Below, one piece after another: positions 28,372-37,593 of a stretch of DNA of 64,000 nt; position 1 is the first letter of the stretch, and every line of letters starts with the position of its first letter. The position numbers were made by a program, and so were the translations under genes. The stretch comes from an uncultured Peptostreptococcaceae bacterium (GTDB lineage Bacteria > Bacillota > Clostridia > Peptostreptococcales > BM714): assembly GCA_964512505.1 (NCBI GenBank), contig CAZEHH010000001.1, positions 51,391 to 115,390 on the forward strand, read 5' to 3'. A model generated the notes under the pieces. It ran no database searches and was not told the origin of the DNA. It was given only the letters and a program-made list of their open reading frames with translations.

Positions 28372-29673
28372 TCAATAAACCTCCCCGTCATTCGGATAAA
28401 CAACACTCAGGGCCGTCTTTCCTTCAATCCTGTAATTTTTCTGCATTCTTGCATAAGTTTCGTAATCGAATTTCTCCAATTCATTGAAATAATTAAAAAA
28501 ATCGATTCCCTTGTGATAAGCAGAGACATAAGCATTCGCGATGTATTCCAATGAATTAAGGTATATAAGCGATTCGCCTTTTAATTTTTTCTTTATTCTG
28601 TCGAAATCTTCTCTTTTCGGATTTTTCTCCAAGAATTCAACAAACGCGTTTTTTAAAAGCTCGTACGTTTCTTCCGGTTTTTCACTCTCTCCACCAATTA
28701 TAATATGGCCATAAGCAGGTCCATAATTATAGTCATATCCGAAATTCTTGCCTATCATTCCCTCTTCATAAAGATCGTTGTACAAATTTGAACCTTTTCC
28801 CAACATGCTGTTTAAAAATATGTCTATGAAAATTTCCTTTTTTAATATGTCGGATTCTATTTCAGAGTCCTGATGGCATTTGATTCCCATATAAAAAATC
28901 GGACTGGCTATCGAAAACGATTCTCTGTTTATTTCTTTTACAATCGGATCAAAATCCTCATGGACAATTCTTTCTATGCTTGTATCTCTTTTCTTGAAAT
29001 CATTTGTAAGCGTTCCTTCTATTACATCTATCGCCTTGAATCGGTCTATGTCCCCTATGAGAAAAACAATCATGTTTTTGGGGCTGTAGAAAGTCCTGTA
29101 GCATGTTGCAAGCTTTTCCTTGTCGATTTCCCTTATGCTTTCCACCGTGCCTGCTATGTCTATATGCACAGGATGATTTGAATACAAAAGTTTAAGTATA
29201 TTGATATATGCCTGCCACTCAGGATTGTCTTCATACATCATTATTTCCTGCTTGATTATACCCTTTTCCTTCTCGACGCTTTCACTGTCTATATTCAATG
29301 TCTGGACAAAACCAATCAGCGTCTCAAGGTTTTCATAAAATCGGTCTGTGCAGCTAAACAAATAATTTGTGGAATCATGGCTTGTGTATGCATTCGATCT
29401 GGCTCCTGTTCTTGAAAAAATTTCAAATACATCGCCTTTTTCCTCTTCAAACACTTTGTGCTCCAAAAAATGGGCAATTCCATGCGGCATGTCGTAATAT
29501 TTTCCGTCTGCCATGAAACTGTTGTCTATTGACCCGTATCGGGTTCCGAAAAAAGCATATTTTTTGGAAAAACCTTTTTTTTCCATCATGTGTATTTCCA
29601 AGCCCTCTTCAGTTGTATACCTATACACCGTTTCGTCCAAATGCGGTATGTCAACCTTACTGATTTTCTTCAA
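28372..29673 (-). CDS. M16B-family zinc metallopeptidase (YmfH-like, catalytic HxxEH present)
   Basis: 433 aa. The GIAHFLEHKVFEE segment contains the inverted zinc motif HFLEH. Confidence 0.8.
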   Translation of the reverse strand: MKKISKVDIPHLDETVYRYTTEEGLEIHMMEKKGFSKKYAFFGTRYGSIDNSFMADGKYYDMPHGIAHFLEHKVFEEEKGDVFEIFSRTGARSNAYTSHDSTNYLFSCTDRFYENLETLIGFVQTLNIDSESVEKEKGIIKQEIMMYEDNPEWQAYINILKLLYSNHPVHIDIAGTVESIREIDKEKLATCYRTFYSPKNMIVFLIGDIDRFKAIDVIEGTLTNDFKKRDTSIERIVHEDFDPIVKEINRESFSIASPIFYMGIKCHQDSEIESDILKKEIFIDIFLNSMLGKGSNLYNDLYEEGMIGKNFGYDYNYGPAYGHIIIGGESEKPEETYELLKNAFVEFLEKNPKREDFDRIKKKLKGESLIYLNSLEYIANAYVSAYHKGIDFFNYFNELEKFDYETYARMQKNYRIEGKTALSVVYPNDGEVY

Positions 29674-30949
29674 TCAACTCACCCTTTTCATCTAAAAAAT
29701 AGACAGTGTCGAGGAATATACCTTCCGCCGCCTTCAAAACCATTTCTTTATCTATCGATTCGAATTGCTTTATTATTTCTTCCGCTTCCATATATGAATT
29801 TGTAAGTATCCTTGAATAATAATAGTTCATTATCTTATTCGGCGAATCCTTGATGGAATTTATGGATGAAATTATTGATTTTTTGGCATTTTCCAAATCC
29901 GCCTCATCAAAGTCGCCTTTTTTCATTTTCTCCACTTGTTCCTGAACCAAATCAACAACTGTGTCCTTCTTTTCAAAATCTATTCCACTCGCAACAAACA
30001 ATGCTGACTTGAATTTTTCAATAGTTGAAAAAATACTGTAACAGAGGCTTTTCTTTTCTCTTATGTTTTGAAAGAGTTTCGAATATGTTCCTCCCCCCAG
30101 TATCTCATTGAAAACCAGCAAAGATCTGTACAAAAAATCTTCATAGGGTATATTTGTACGGAAGCCCATCACAAGTTTCCCTTGGGATATATCCATTTTT
30201 TCCGTTACATATTTAGGGCTTTCAGCCGGATAAATGTGTTTCTCTCTTAAGATTGGCTTTGACTTCTGATTTTTAAACTCAAACGATTCCAATATTTCTC
30301 CCGCATAACGATTCCTGTCGTTTCTTGAAATAATGAATATATCCACATTGGATGTCATCAAAATATTTTTATAATGATTGTAAAGTGTTTTTCCGTCCAA
30401 TTCCTCCAAAATTCTTATGTCCCCGTCTTCATTGACAGAAAAAGGCTCGCCCTTGTACATTTCCTCGATGCACCTGTCGAATGCATAAGCCATTTTATTG
30501 TTTATTCTATTTTCAAGCTTAAGAATCTGATTTTTCTTTTCCTGTTCAAAATAGTCTTCGAAAAAAGAATCCCCATCTCTTAACGGGTGGTTTACAATTT
30601 CATTAAGCATGCTTATGCTTTTTTCAAAAATACTCTTGTCTTCTATATAATTGCTGTCTGGAAACTGCATTTGAAACTTTATTATCTGTCTTTCCCCATA
30701 TTTGCTTATATTCGAAGAATATACCGCACCATAAAGATTGTCCAATTCCCTGTACAGATCCCGACTCTTCGGAAAATTTCGAGTCCCTCTTTTCATGACT
30801 GCGGCAAGCATGGCGTTTTTAGATGCTTCTTCATTCGAAAGCGGCCTTTCGAAAAAAACACCAACCGAATCCGTTTTGAATTGTTTGGTTTTCAATGTAT
30901 ATAAATTAATATTTGGACTCAATTCATGAATTTCTATTCCTTTGAACAT
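29657..30949 (-). CDS. M16B-family peptidase-like protein (YmfF-like, no HxxEH motif; probable non-catalytic partner)
   Basis: About 430 aa, with M16-like length and C-terminal domain architecture but no HxxEH motif. The start is placed at ATG 30949, behind GGGGTG. Its stop overlaps the start of the downstream M16 gene by 17 nt. Confidence 0.7.
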   Translation of the reverse strand: MFKGIEIHELSPNINLYTLKTKQFKTDSVGVFFERPLSNEEASKNAMLAAVMKRGTRNFPKSRDLYRELDNLYGAVYSSNISKYGERQIIKFQMQFPDSNYIEDKSIFEKSISMLNEIVNHPLRDGDSFFEDYFEQEKKNQILKLENRINNKMAYAFDRCIEEMYKGEPFSVNEDGDIRILEELDGKTLYNHYKNILMTSNVDIFIISRNDRNRYAGEILESFEFKNQKSKPILREKHIYPAESPKYVTEKMDISQGKLVMGFRTNIPYEDFLYRSLLVFNEILGGGTYSKLFQNIREKKSLCYSIFSTIEKFKSALFVASGIDFEKKDTVVDLVQEQVEKMKKGDFDEADLENAKKSIISSINSIKDSPNKIMNYYYSRILTNSYMEAEEIIKQFESIDKEMVLKAAEGIFLDTVYFLDEKGELIEENQ

Positions 30950-31104
30950 TTCCACACCCCGTTCTATCTTTTTTTGCTTTTAAAGGCTATCATATAGTAT
31001 ACCATTAAATCAACATGCTCCCGGACAAATTTACGGTTACGGGTTTATTATTGTTCATTTTTCGTTTATAATCAGATTTGAATAAGTACAAAAAGGAGTC
31101 TTAT

Positions 31105-32196
31105 ATGAAATTAGGAATCGTGGGCTTGCCCAATGTAGGAAAAAGCACTTTGTTCAATGCCATTACAAAAGCGGGAGCCGAATCCGCAAATTATCCATTT
31201 TGCACTATAGAACCGAATGTAGGCGTCGTATCTGTGCCGGATGAAAGGCTTGACCGCCTCACGGAAATGCATAAATCGAAAAAAACAATCCCAGCGGCAG
31301 TAGAGTTCTACGACATAGCCGGTCTTGTAAAAGGCGCCAGCAAGGGCGAGGGCCTTGGAAACAAATTTCTCTCACATATCCGGGAGGTTGAGGCCATAGT
31401 ACACGTTGTGAGATGCTTCGAAGACCCGAACGTGGTGCATGTGGATGGTTCTATCGACCCGCAAAGGGATATCGATGTGATTAATCTTGAATTGATTCTA
31501 TCCGACCTTGAAATGGTCGAAAAGAGAATGCAAAAGCTGCAAAAGACACTCAAGAGCGACAAAAATCAAATCAAAAACATGGAAGTGCTTAATCGTATAT
31601 ATTCGGCCCTCGAAGAAGGATTGCCTGCAAGATCGGTTGATTATGACGACAGTCTTTCGGATTTCGTAAAGAATCTCTATCTGTTGACGACAAAACCAGT
31701 TATTTATGTTGCAAATGTATCCGAAGACGATGCTTTGAATTCTTCCGAAAACCCTTTGTACGAAAAAGTCAAAGAAATCGGTTTGAGAGAAAATGCGGAA
31801 GTAATAAAAATATCGGCGAAACTCGAGGCTGAGCTTCTTGAATTGGAAGATGATGAAAAGGCTTTGTATATGGAAGAGCTTGGAATGGATGAGACCGGAT
31901 TGCATAAATTGATACAAGCCGGCTATGCCATTCTGGGACTGATTTCGTTCCTGACTTCAGGAGAACCTGAAACCCGTGCATGGACAATCGTAAAAGGCTC
32001 AAAAGCCCCACAAGCCGCAGGAAAAATCCATACGGATTTTGAAAAAGGCTTCATCCGTGCTGAAGTGGTTTCCTATGATGATCTGCTTGAGGCTGGAAGT
32101 CTCCATGCCGCCAAAGAAAAAGGGATTCTCCGTCTTGAAGGGAAAGACTATGTTGTAAAAGACGGTGATGTGATTCATTTCAGATTCAACGTGTGA
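31105..32196 (+). CDS. ychF: Redox-regulated ribosome-binding ATPase YchF
   Basis: [19 protein letters not shown] with a TGS-type C-terminus ([15 protein letters not shown]). The start is placed at ATG 31105, behind AAAGGAG. The track start at 31078 is an upstream TTG. Confidence 0.95.
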   Translation: MKLGIVGLPNVGKSTLFNAITKAGAESANYPFCTIEPNVGVVSVPDERLDRLTEMHKSKKTIPAAVEFYDIAGLVKGASKGEGLGNKFLSHIREVEAIVHVVRCFEDPNVVHVDGSIDPQRDIDVINLELILSDLEMVEKRMQKLQKTLKSDKNQIKNMEVLNRIYSALEEGLPARSVDYDDSLSDFVKNLYLLTTKPVIYVANVSEDDALNSSENPLYEKVKEIGLRENAEVIKISAKLEAELLELEDDEKALYMEELGMDETGLHKLIQAGYAILGLISFLTSGEPETRAWTIVKGSKAPQAAGKIHTDFEKGFIRAEVVSYDDLLEAGSLHAAKEKGILRLEGKDYVVKDGDVIHFRFNV

Positions 32197-32241
32197 TTTT
32201 AAAAGCCTTCTGCGGCAATTTGCCGCAGAAGGCTTTTTTTT
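32197..32241. terminator. Bidirectional intrinsic terminator between ychF and the ARH-like gene
   Basis: 12-bp GC-rich stem GCCTTCTGCGGC/GCCGCAGAAGGC (32205-32216 and 32222-32233), flanked by AAAA on the 5' side and T8 on the 3' side. Confidence 0.9.
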
Positions 32242-33052
32242 ACAAAGGGGCATATTTGTCGAAAGGCAAAATGGCATCATTGTAAATTATGTTGTACAAA
32301 TCGTTTGCCATGTCCATTTGGCTGCCTAACCGCAATTCGTTTTGATCAAAAATAGATTTTATGCCGTCAAATCCGACAAGTGCGCCAATCATCGCCCCAG
32401 TAGGAACAGATGCCAATTTGCCTGCAGCAGAATTTGAATATGAGCAATCTACCGCAGCCTGAAGATCTTCATTTTTGCGCAGGACAACCAGAATGGAAGC
32501 TCCGAATGCCTTATAAAATCTTGTGTCGTCCGAAATGAAATTGACCGTCTTGTCCAGACTCTTTCGGCTCTCATATAAAGCAACCACCAGTTTCATCACC
32601 TCTGTCAATTCTTCATTGCCTTCAGTCTCAAAAAATTGTCCCATTGCCCAATTTACAGATTGCTTGAATTTTTCTCCCCTTGTTATTCCCGACAAAATTC
32701 CGGCCATCATAGCAAAAGAAATTTTGTCTTTTGAATCTTCTATTTCCCATTTTTCGCAAATCGACATCATGCGCTGAAATGATGATTCCCTTTCAAAAGA
32801 CATTCCCAGAACAACTGCCGCACCCAAGGCATCCAGTTCGCCGGCAGCTTGTCTTTCATTATGTTCGTTTTCAAAGTAATCAATCAATCTGGCTTCACCT
32901 TTTATTTTCCCTTGCTGATAAAACCTTATGCATGCCCTCATGCTTTTTTCAATGGATGAGTAAACTTCATTCAAGGATTCCCCGCCCTCTTCCGCTCCAG
33001 CCTGGATTCCTGTCAAAGCCCCCAAAAAGCATCCTAAAATGCTATCTTTCAT
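32240..33052 (-). CDS. ADP-ribosylglycohydrolase-like protein with degenerate metal-binding motifs
   Basis: About 270 aa. The N-terminus KDSILGCFLGALTGIQAG resembles the ARH motif (GCLxGAxxGDxxG), and the C-terminal AAGKLASVPTGAMIGALVG resembles GGDTDTxxxxxGAxxGA, but the Asp residues are replaced. The start is placed at ATG 33052, behind GGGTGG, overlapping the deoC end by 11 nt. Confidence 0.45.
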   Translation of the reverse strand: MKDSILGCFLGALTGIQAGAEEGGESLNEVYSSIEKSMRACIRFYQQGKIKGEARLIDYFENEHNERQAAGELDALGAAVVLGMSFERESSFQRMMSICEKWEIEDSKDKISFAMMAGILSGITRGEKFKQSVNWAMGQFFETEGNEELTEVMKLVVALYESRKSLDKTVNFISDDTRFYKAFGASILVVLRKNEDLQAAVDCSYSNSAAGKLASVPTGAMIGALVGFDGIKSIFDQNELRLGSQMDMANDLYNIIYNDAILPFDKYAPL

Positions 33053-33704
33053 TTTTGCCACCCGATTCGACGATTTTCACCGATGCGCTTGCTCCAATTC
33101 GAGTTGCCCCTGCCTCAACCATTTTCAAAGCCTTTTCCCTATCCCTGATGCCGCCTGAAGCTTTTATTCCGGCTTTATCTCCTACAATTTCTTTAATAAG
33201 GCCTATATCCGAAATTTTCGCACCGTCAGTGCCAAAGCCCGTCGATGTCTTAACGAAATCCGCCCCACTTCCCAAAACGAGTTCCGTAGCTTTCCTTATC
33301 TCAGATTCATCAAGATAGCATGTTTCAATTATGACTTTCAATATCCTTTCCTTGCCCGCGGCATTCCTGACGGCCTTAAAGTCCTCCTGGACATACGAAT
33401 ATTCGCCATTCTTGAACGCGCCCAAATTCATGACCATGTCTATCTCGTCGGCTCCATCCTCTATTGCCTTTTGCGTTTCAAAAACCTTTACAGCAGTGGG
33501 AGTCGAACCCAAAGGGAATCCAACTACGGCTGCGACTTTTACTTTTGTCCCTTCAAGCCGGCAGGCGGCTCTTGAAACATAATATGGATTGACACATACC
33601 GCAAAAAACCCATATTTTACAGCTTCCCTGCAGAGATTGTCTATCTCTTCGCCTTTTGCCGCGGCTTTCAGCAGAGTATGATCCAGCATGTCTTTCAATT
33701 CCAT
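33042..33704 (-). CDS. deoC: Deoxyribose-phosphate aldolase
   Basis: 220 aa. LDHTLLK, FVKTSTGF and the Schiff-base region IKASGGIRD. Confidence 0.92.
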   Translation of the reverse strand: MELKDMLDHTLLKAAAKGEEIDNLCREAVKYGFFAVCVNPYYVSRAACRLEGTKVKVAAVVGFPLGSTPTAVKVFETQKAIEDGADEIDMVMNLGAFKNGEYSYVQEDFKAVRNAAGKERILKVIIETCYLDESEIRKATELVLGSGADFVKTSTGFGTDGAKISDIGLIKEIVGDKAGIKASGGIRDREKALKMVEAGATRIGASASVKIVESGGKNER

Positions 33705-33727
33705 CGCAAGCCCTCCTTTATTGTTCC

Positions 33728-34264
33728 TTACTTGTAGGCATCTTCTTTAAGTATTGCCACATAAGGCAAATTACGGTAATTTTCAGCAAAATCAATCCCA
33801 TATCCTACTATGAAAGCATCGGGTATCTTGAATCCTATGTAGTCGATTTCAAGATCAACTTTCCTTCTGTCCGGCTTATCCAGCAATGTGCATATTTTAA
33901 GGCTTGACGGTTTTCTTTCCATCAAAATTCTCGTCAGATATTTAAGGGTAAGCCCCGAATCGATTATATCCTCGACAATAAGCACATCCTTTCCTTCTAT
34001 GCTGAAATCCAGATCTTTCAAAATTCGCACAGTTCCGGAACTTTCTGTAGACATTCCATAACTCGAGACAGCCATGAAATCCATATGCATTGGCAAATCG
34101 ATTTTTCTTATCAAATCGCTCATGAAAATATTGGCTCCTTTCAAAACCCCTACAACGAACAAATTCTTCCCCTCATAATCCTTTGTCATCGACTTGCCAA
34201 GCTCAGCTATGCGTTTTTCGAGTTGTTCCTCCGAAATCAAAATTTCCCTCACACTTTTTCTCAT
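33728..34264 (-). CDS. hpt: Hypoxanthine phosphoribosyltransferase
   Basis: PRPP motif VLIVEDIIDSGLTL. The start is placed at ATG 34264 (MRKSVREILISEEQL), behind GAGAGGA. The track start at 34282 is a TTG abutting the previous stop. Confidence 0.9.
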   Translation of the reverse strand: MRKSVREILISEEQLEKRIAELGKSMTKDYEGKNLFVVGVLKGANIFMSDLIRKIDLPMHMDFMAVSSYGMSTESSGTVRILKDLDFSIEGKDVLIVEDIIDSGLTLKYLTRILMERKPSSLKICTLLDKPDRRKVDLEIDYIGFKIPDAFIVGYGIDFAENYRNLPYVAILKEDAYK

Positions 34265-34278
34265 TGCAATCCTCTCTT

Positions 34279-34548
34279 TCAATCATCATCTTCAATTTCA
34301 TAATCAATAACTATGGGATCCTTCTTCGGCTCTTTCTTGTAACGGTTCATTTCAGGCAAAAAATGACTCCAAATGTATGCCACAAGTATCAAGTCGTCAA
34401 CGATTCCAATGCCATAAATCGGTTCAGGTATCAAATCAATAGGCGAAATTACATATATCATCATAGCCGATAAAAATACCTTTTGCCATTTGCTCACATT
34501 CGGATCCTTCATGTATTTTATCAAATACTTAAAGTTGTTGAATCTCAT
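34279..34548 (-). CDS. YkvA/DUF1232 family membrane protein
   Basis: Motif ISPIDLIPEPIYGIGIVDDLILVAYIW. The start is placed at ATG 34548, behind GGAGGGGAAGG. It overlaps the sirtuin 3' end by 20 nt. Confidence 0.7.
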   Translation of the reverse strand: MRFNNFKYLIKYMKDPNVSKWQKVFLSAMMIYVISPIDLIPEPIYGIGIVDDLILVAYIWSHFLPEMNRYKKEPKKDPIVIDYEIEDDD

Positions 34549-35281
34549 TGCCTTCCCCTCCGAAAACTGCCTTGCCCAAAGTTTCCCCAATACTGTCGCG
34601 TACTACCATGTCAGCCTTGCCGTCAAAAGGTGTCTCCTGTCGATTTATCAAAACCAGTTTCCCTTTATTGAATTCAGACACCAGCCCAGCTGCAGGATAG
34701 ACTAAAAGCGACGTTCCTCCTACAATCAACAGATCCGCTCTCCTTATGTGCTCGGCGGCGGATTGAAAAACCGACATGTCCAAAGCCTCCTCGTACAATA
34801 CAATATCAGGCCTTACAATCCCCCCGCAATCAAGGCAAGTTGGAACTTTAAACCTTTCGTCTGCAATATAATCAAGAGAATATGGTTTCCCGCAATTTGT
34901 GCAAATATTCTTATGTATTGTGCCATGCAGCTCCAAAACATTTTTGCTGCCGCCCAATTGATGGAGTCCGTCAATGTTTTGTGTTATCACGGCTGACAGC
35001 TTTCCTTCCTCTTCCAATTTGGCCAAAGCCAAATGCGCCTTGTTAGGCTTCGCATCCCTGAAAAATATCTTTTTTCTGCAAAACTCATAAAAGACATCCG
35101 GATGCCTTATAAAAAACGAATGGCTGAGAATTGTCTCAGGAGAATAGTCTCCGTATTTGCAGCTGTACAATCCGGTTTGAGACCTGAAATCCGGAATTTT
35201 GCTTTCCGTGGATGTTCCCGCCCCGCCGAAAAATACCACTTCATTTGATTCTTCAATCCATTTACTTAGCCGGTTCATCAT
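34529..35281 (-). CDS. cobB: NAD-dependent protein deacylase (Sir2 family)
   Basis: 250 aa. GAGTSTESKIPDFRS, QNIDGLH, LELHGT and the Zn ribbon CTNCG...CLDCGG. Confidence 0.9.
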   Translation of the reverse strand: MMNRLSKWIEESNEVVFFGGAGTSTESKIPDFRSQTGLYSCKYGDYSPETILSHSFFIRHPDVFYEFCRKKIFFRDAKPNKAHLALAKLEEEGKLSAVITQNIDGLHQLGGSKNVLELHGTIHKNICTNCGKPYSLDYIADERFKVPTCLDCGGIVRPDIVLYEEALDMSVFQSAAEHIRRADLLIVGGTSLLVYPAAGLVSEFNKGKLVLINRQETPFDGKADMVVRDSIGETLGKAVFGGEGNEIQQL

Positions 35282-35319
35282 TGTTCGCCCCTAATACTTT
35301 TGTCTTCAAATCCATTATA

Positions 35320-35359
35320 CAAAAAAATAAAAATAAAAGCACTCCTGAGAGCGCTTTTA
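35320..35359 (-). terminator. Intrinsic terminator of rnpB
   Basis: Minus-strand AAAAGCGCUC-UCAG-GAGUGCUUUU followed by a long AU/U tract. Confidence 0.75.
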
Positions 35360-35361
35360 TG

Positions 35362-35700
35362 CAACAAGTAAATCGTAAGCCGAGTTCTGTATTTGACAGT
35401 CATCTATCTAGGCTCGGCGTCGCCGCCGTGCTCAAGCGACCTACCGTCGGGACGGCGACGAGCAACCGCCTTTTAATGTCCCTGCTTGGTCTTGCTCCAG
35501 ATGGGGTTTACAGAGCCGGCAAGTCGCCTTAGCCGCTGGTGAGCTCTTACCTCACCTTTCCACCCTTGCTATTTAAATAGCGGTTTATTTCTGTTGCACT
35601 ATCCTTGAAGTTGCCTCCACTGGGAATTACCCAGCACCCTGCTCTGCGGAGCTCGGACTTTCCTCATATTTTCATATGCGACCGTCTGACTTACTCATTC
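35362..35700 (-). ncRNA. rnpB: RNase P RNA, bacterial type A
   Basis: The minus strand carries GAGGAAAGTCCGAGCTCC, CAGGGTGCTGGGTAATTCCCAG, AGTGCAACAGAAATAAACCGC, GGTAAGAGCTCACC, GTAAACCCCATCTGGAGCAAG and CCTAGATAGATGACTGTCAAATACAGAACTCGGCTTA. These line up with the E. coli M1 RNA universally conserved regions. P1 pairing AGTAAGTC/GATTTACT defines the ends to within about 5 nt. Confidence 0.9.
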
Positions 35701-35743
35701 ATGGAGATAAGAATATCACAAAGAACTATTCCTGTCAAAACTC

Positions 35744-36856
35744 TCACAGGTAGTATTTAAAAGGATTTATGTCTGCATCAGACACATGGATTTCGCATTT
35801 GGAACCGGTGGATGCAATCTCCTCGGAAAGCATTTTTTTTATTAGATGCTTGAAAAAATCCTCACTTTCGTAATGGCCGATGTCGACAAGCGCGAGCTTG
35901 TTCATCCTGGCAAATTGAGCGTCGTGATACTTTATGTCCCCTGTCAAAAAGCATTCGACACCGCTTTTGTAAGCATCTCTAATAAAATCGGAACCGCTTC
36001 CTGTACAAAGCCCGACTTTTTCTATGATTCTTTCTTCATCTCCCGTATATTTCAAAACTTCTGCCGATAGCAAATCTTTAAGCATAGCAAGAAGCATTTT
36101 AAATTCTCTGGGTTTTGAAAGCATTCCGACTCTGCCTCCGCCTGAATTTTTCCGTATGTTTTCAAGATGTATTATGTCGTATGCCATTTCTTCATACGGA
36201 TGAACCGATTTCAATTCTTCAATCGTTGATTTTACTTTTTCAAACGGCAGAATTGTCTCAACCCGCATTTCCTCAACCTTTTCCAGTTTTCCTATTTCCC
36301 CGATATGCGGATTTGCCCCATCAAGCGGTCTAAATGAACCTATCCCCTTTGAGGAAAACGTACAATTGCTGTATGAACCAATGCTTCCTCCACCCATTTC
36401 TCCCATCTTTTCAGTCACTGCTGAAACATGTTCAGATGGAACGAAAACAATAAGCTTGCAATATGCCCCCTTCAGCGGATTAAGGGCTTGAGTCCCTTCC
36501 AGCCCTATAAGATCTGACAGATAGTCGTTGGTTCCACCTTCATAGTTGTCGCAATTTGTGTGGATTGAAAAAACGGAAATGTCATTTTTTATGCAATCCA
36601 TAACCAAACGGTCCTCGGCCAAACTTGCGTCGAGCTTCTTGATTGGTTTGAAAATAAGCGGATGGTGGGTTATAACCAATTCGGACCTGGTTTCAATTGC
36701 CTCCCTGATGACTTCAGGTGTCAATTCGAGCGCTGTCAAAATGCGCTCATATTTTGTTTTGCCGCAATCGATCATGAATCCGGTATTGTCCCAATCCTCC
36801 GCATATTCAATTGGGAATTTATCCCTTATAATATTCAAAAGCTTTTCCCTTTTCAT
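35744..36856 (-). CDS. Nif3-like dinuclear metal centre protein (YqfO family)
   Basis: 370 aa with VITHHPLIF and a C-terminal DIGHYESE. Sits in the conserved trmK-nif3 pairing. Confidence 0.85.
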   Translation of the reverse strand: MKREKLLNIIRDKFPIEYAEDWDNTGFMIDCGKTKYERILTALELTPEVIREAIETRSELVITHHPLIFKPIKKLDASLAEDRLVMDCIKNDISVFSIHTNCDNYEGGTNDYLSDLIGLEGTQALNPLKGAYCKLIVFVPSEHVSAVTEKMGEMGGGSIGSYSNCTFSSKGIGSFRPLDGANPHIGEIGKLEKVEEMRVETILPFEKVKSTIEELKSVHPYEEMAYDIIHLENIRKNSGGGRVGMLSKPREFKMLLAMLKDLLSAEVLKYTGDEERIIEKVGLCTGSGSDFIRDAYKSGVECFLTGDIKYHDAQFARMNKLALVDIGHYESEDFFKHLIKKMLSEEIASTGSKCEIHVSDADINPFKYYL

Positions 36857-37551
36857 ATAGCTTTCAAAACCTCCTTAAGCCTTTCGATGCGGTCGATTAT
36901 TTCAAAGGTTTTTTTATTCATCAATTCCGACTCGGCTGCATTTTGCTTTATATTTTCAAGTATTTTTTCGTATTTAGCTATTTTATGGTTGACGAAATCC
37001 ATAAGCAAAGGATCCTTTTCCTCAAGCATTTTAATGCCTATTTCATCATACGCCAAATTCTCACAGGAACTTTCTCCTCTTTCAACCAACATAATTTCAT
37101 AAAACTTTTTTCTATCCTTGGCTATCCGTTCGGATATGATCCTGTATCGATTCTCTTTAAGCCATTTCCTCAATTCCGGCTGGGCCACCATTGGTTGAAG
37201 CACAAGCCTTGGATTGACCTCTGAAATAAATATTTCTCCTTCGATAAGGATATCCCTTATGAGGAGGCCTCCCATGCCGGCAATTATTACTTTGTCGAGT
37301 TTCTCGCCAATTATGGGTTCCAATCCGTTTCCCAGTTTGAGTTCTATGCTTTTATCCATCCCCTGGGCTTCAACTATCCTTCTTGCGTTGTCCAAAGGTC
37401 CCGGATTTACATCAGTAGCAAATATTTTCGGGCTTATTCCATTTTCAACCAAATAAATCGGTATGTATCCATGGTCTGTTCCGATATCCGCGACACGTTC
37501 TCCTTTTCTTACATATTCCGCTATGGCTTGAAGCCTTGGGTCCAATTTCAA
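36853..37551 (-). CDS. trmK: tRNA (adenine22-N1)-methyltransferase
   Basis: 232 aa. VADIGTDHGYIPIYLV and IIAGMGG motifs. 4-nt overlap with nif3. Confidence 0.85.
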   Translation of the reverse strand: MKLDPRLQAIAEYVRKGERVADIGTDHGYIPIYLVENGISPKIFATDVNPGPLDNARRIVEAQGMDKSIELKLGNGLEPIIGEKLDKVIIAGMGGLLIRDILIEGEIFISEVNPRLVLQPMVAQPELRKWLKENRYRIISERIAKDRKKFYEIMLVERGESSCENLAYDEIGIKMLEEKDPLLMDFVNHKIAKYEKILENIKQNAAESELMNKKTFEIIDRIERLKEVLKAI

Positions 37552-37593
37552 TTTGAATCCTCCTTAAAAATAAAGATTCGCATAAGCGAACCC

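Noticed and set aside
35212-35532. 106-aa plus-strand ORF in the sirtuin-nif3 gap
   Set aside because: The region is the antisense of RNase P RNA. The conserved rnpB blocks explain the sequence, and the GC-rich stretch is structural RNA.
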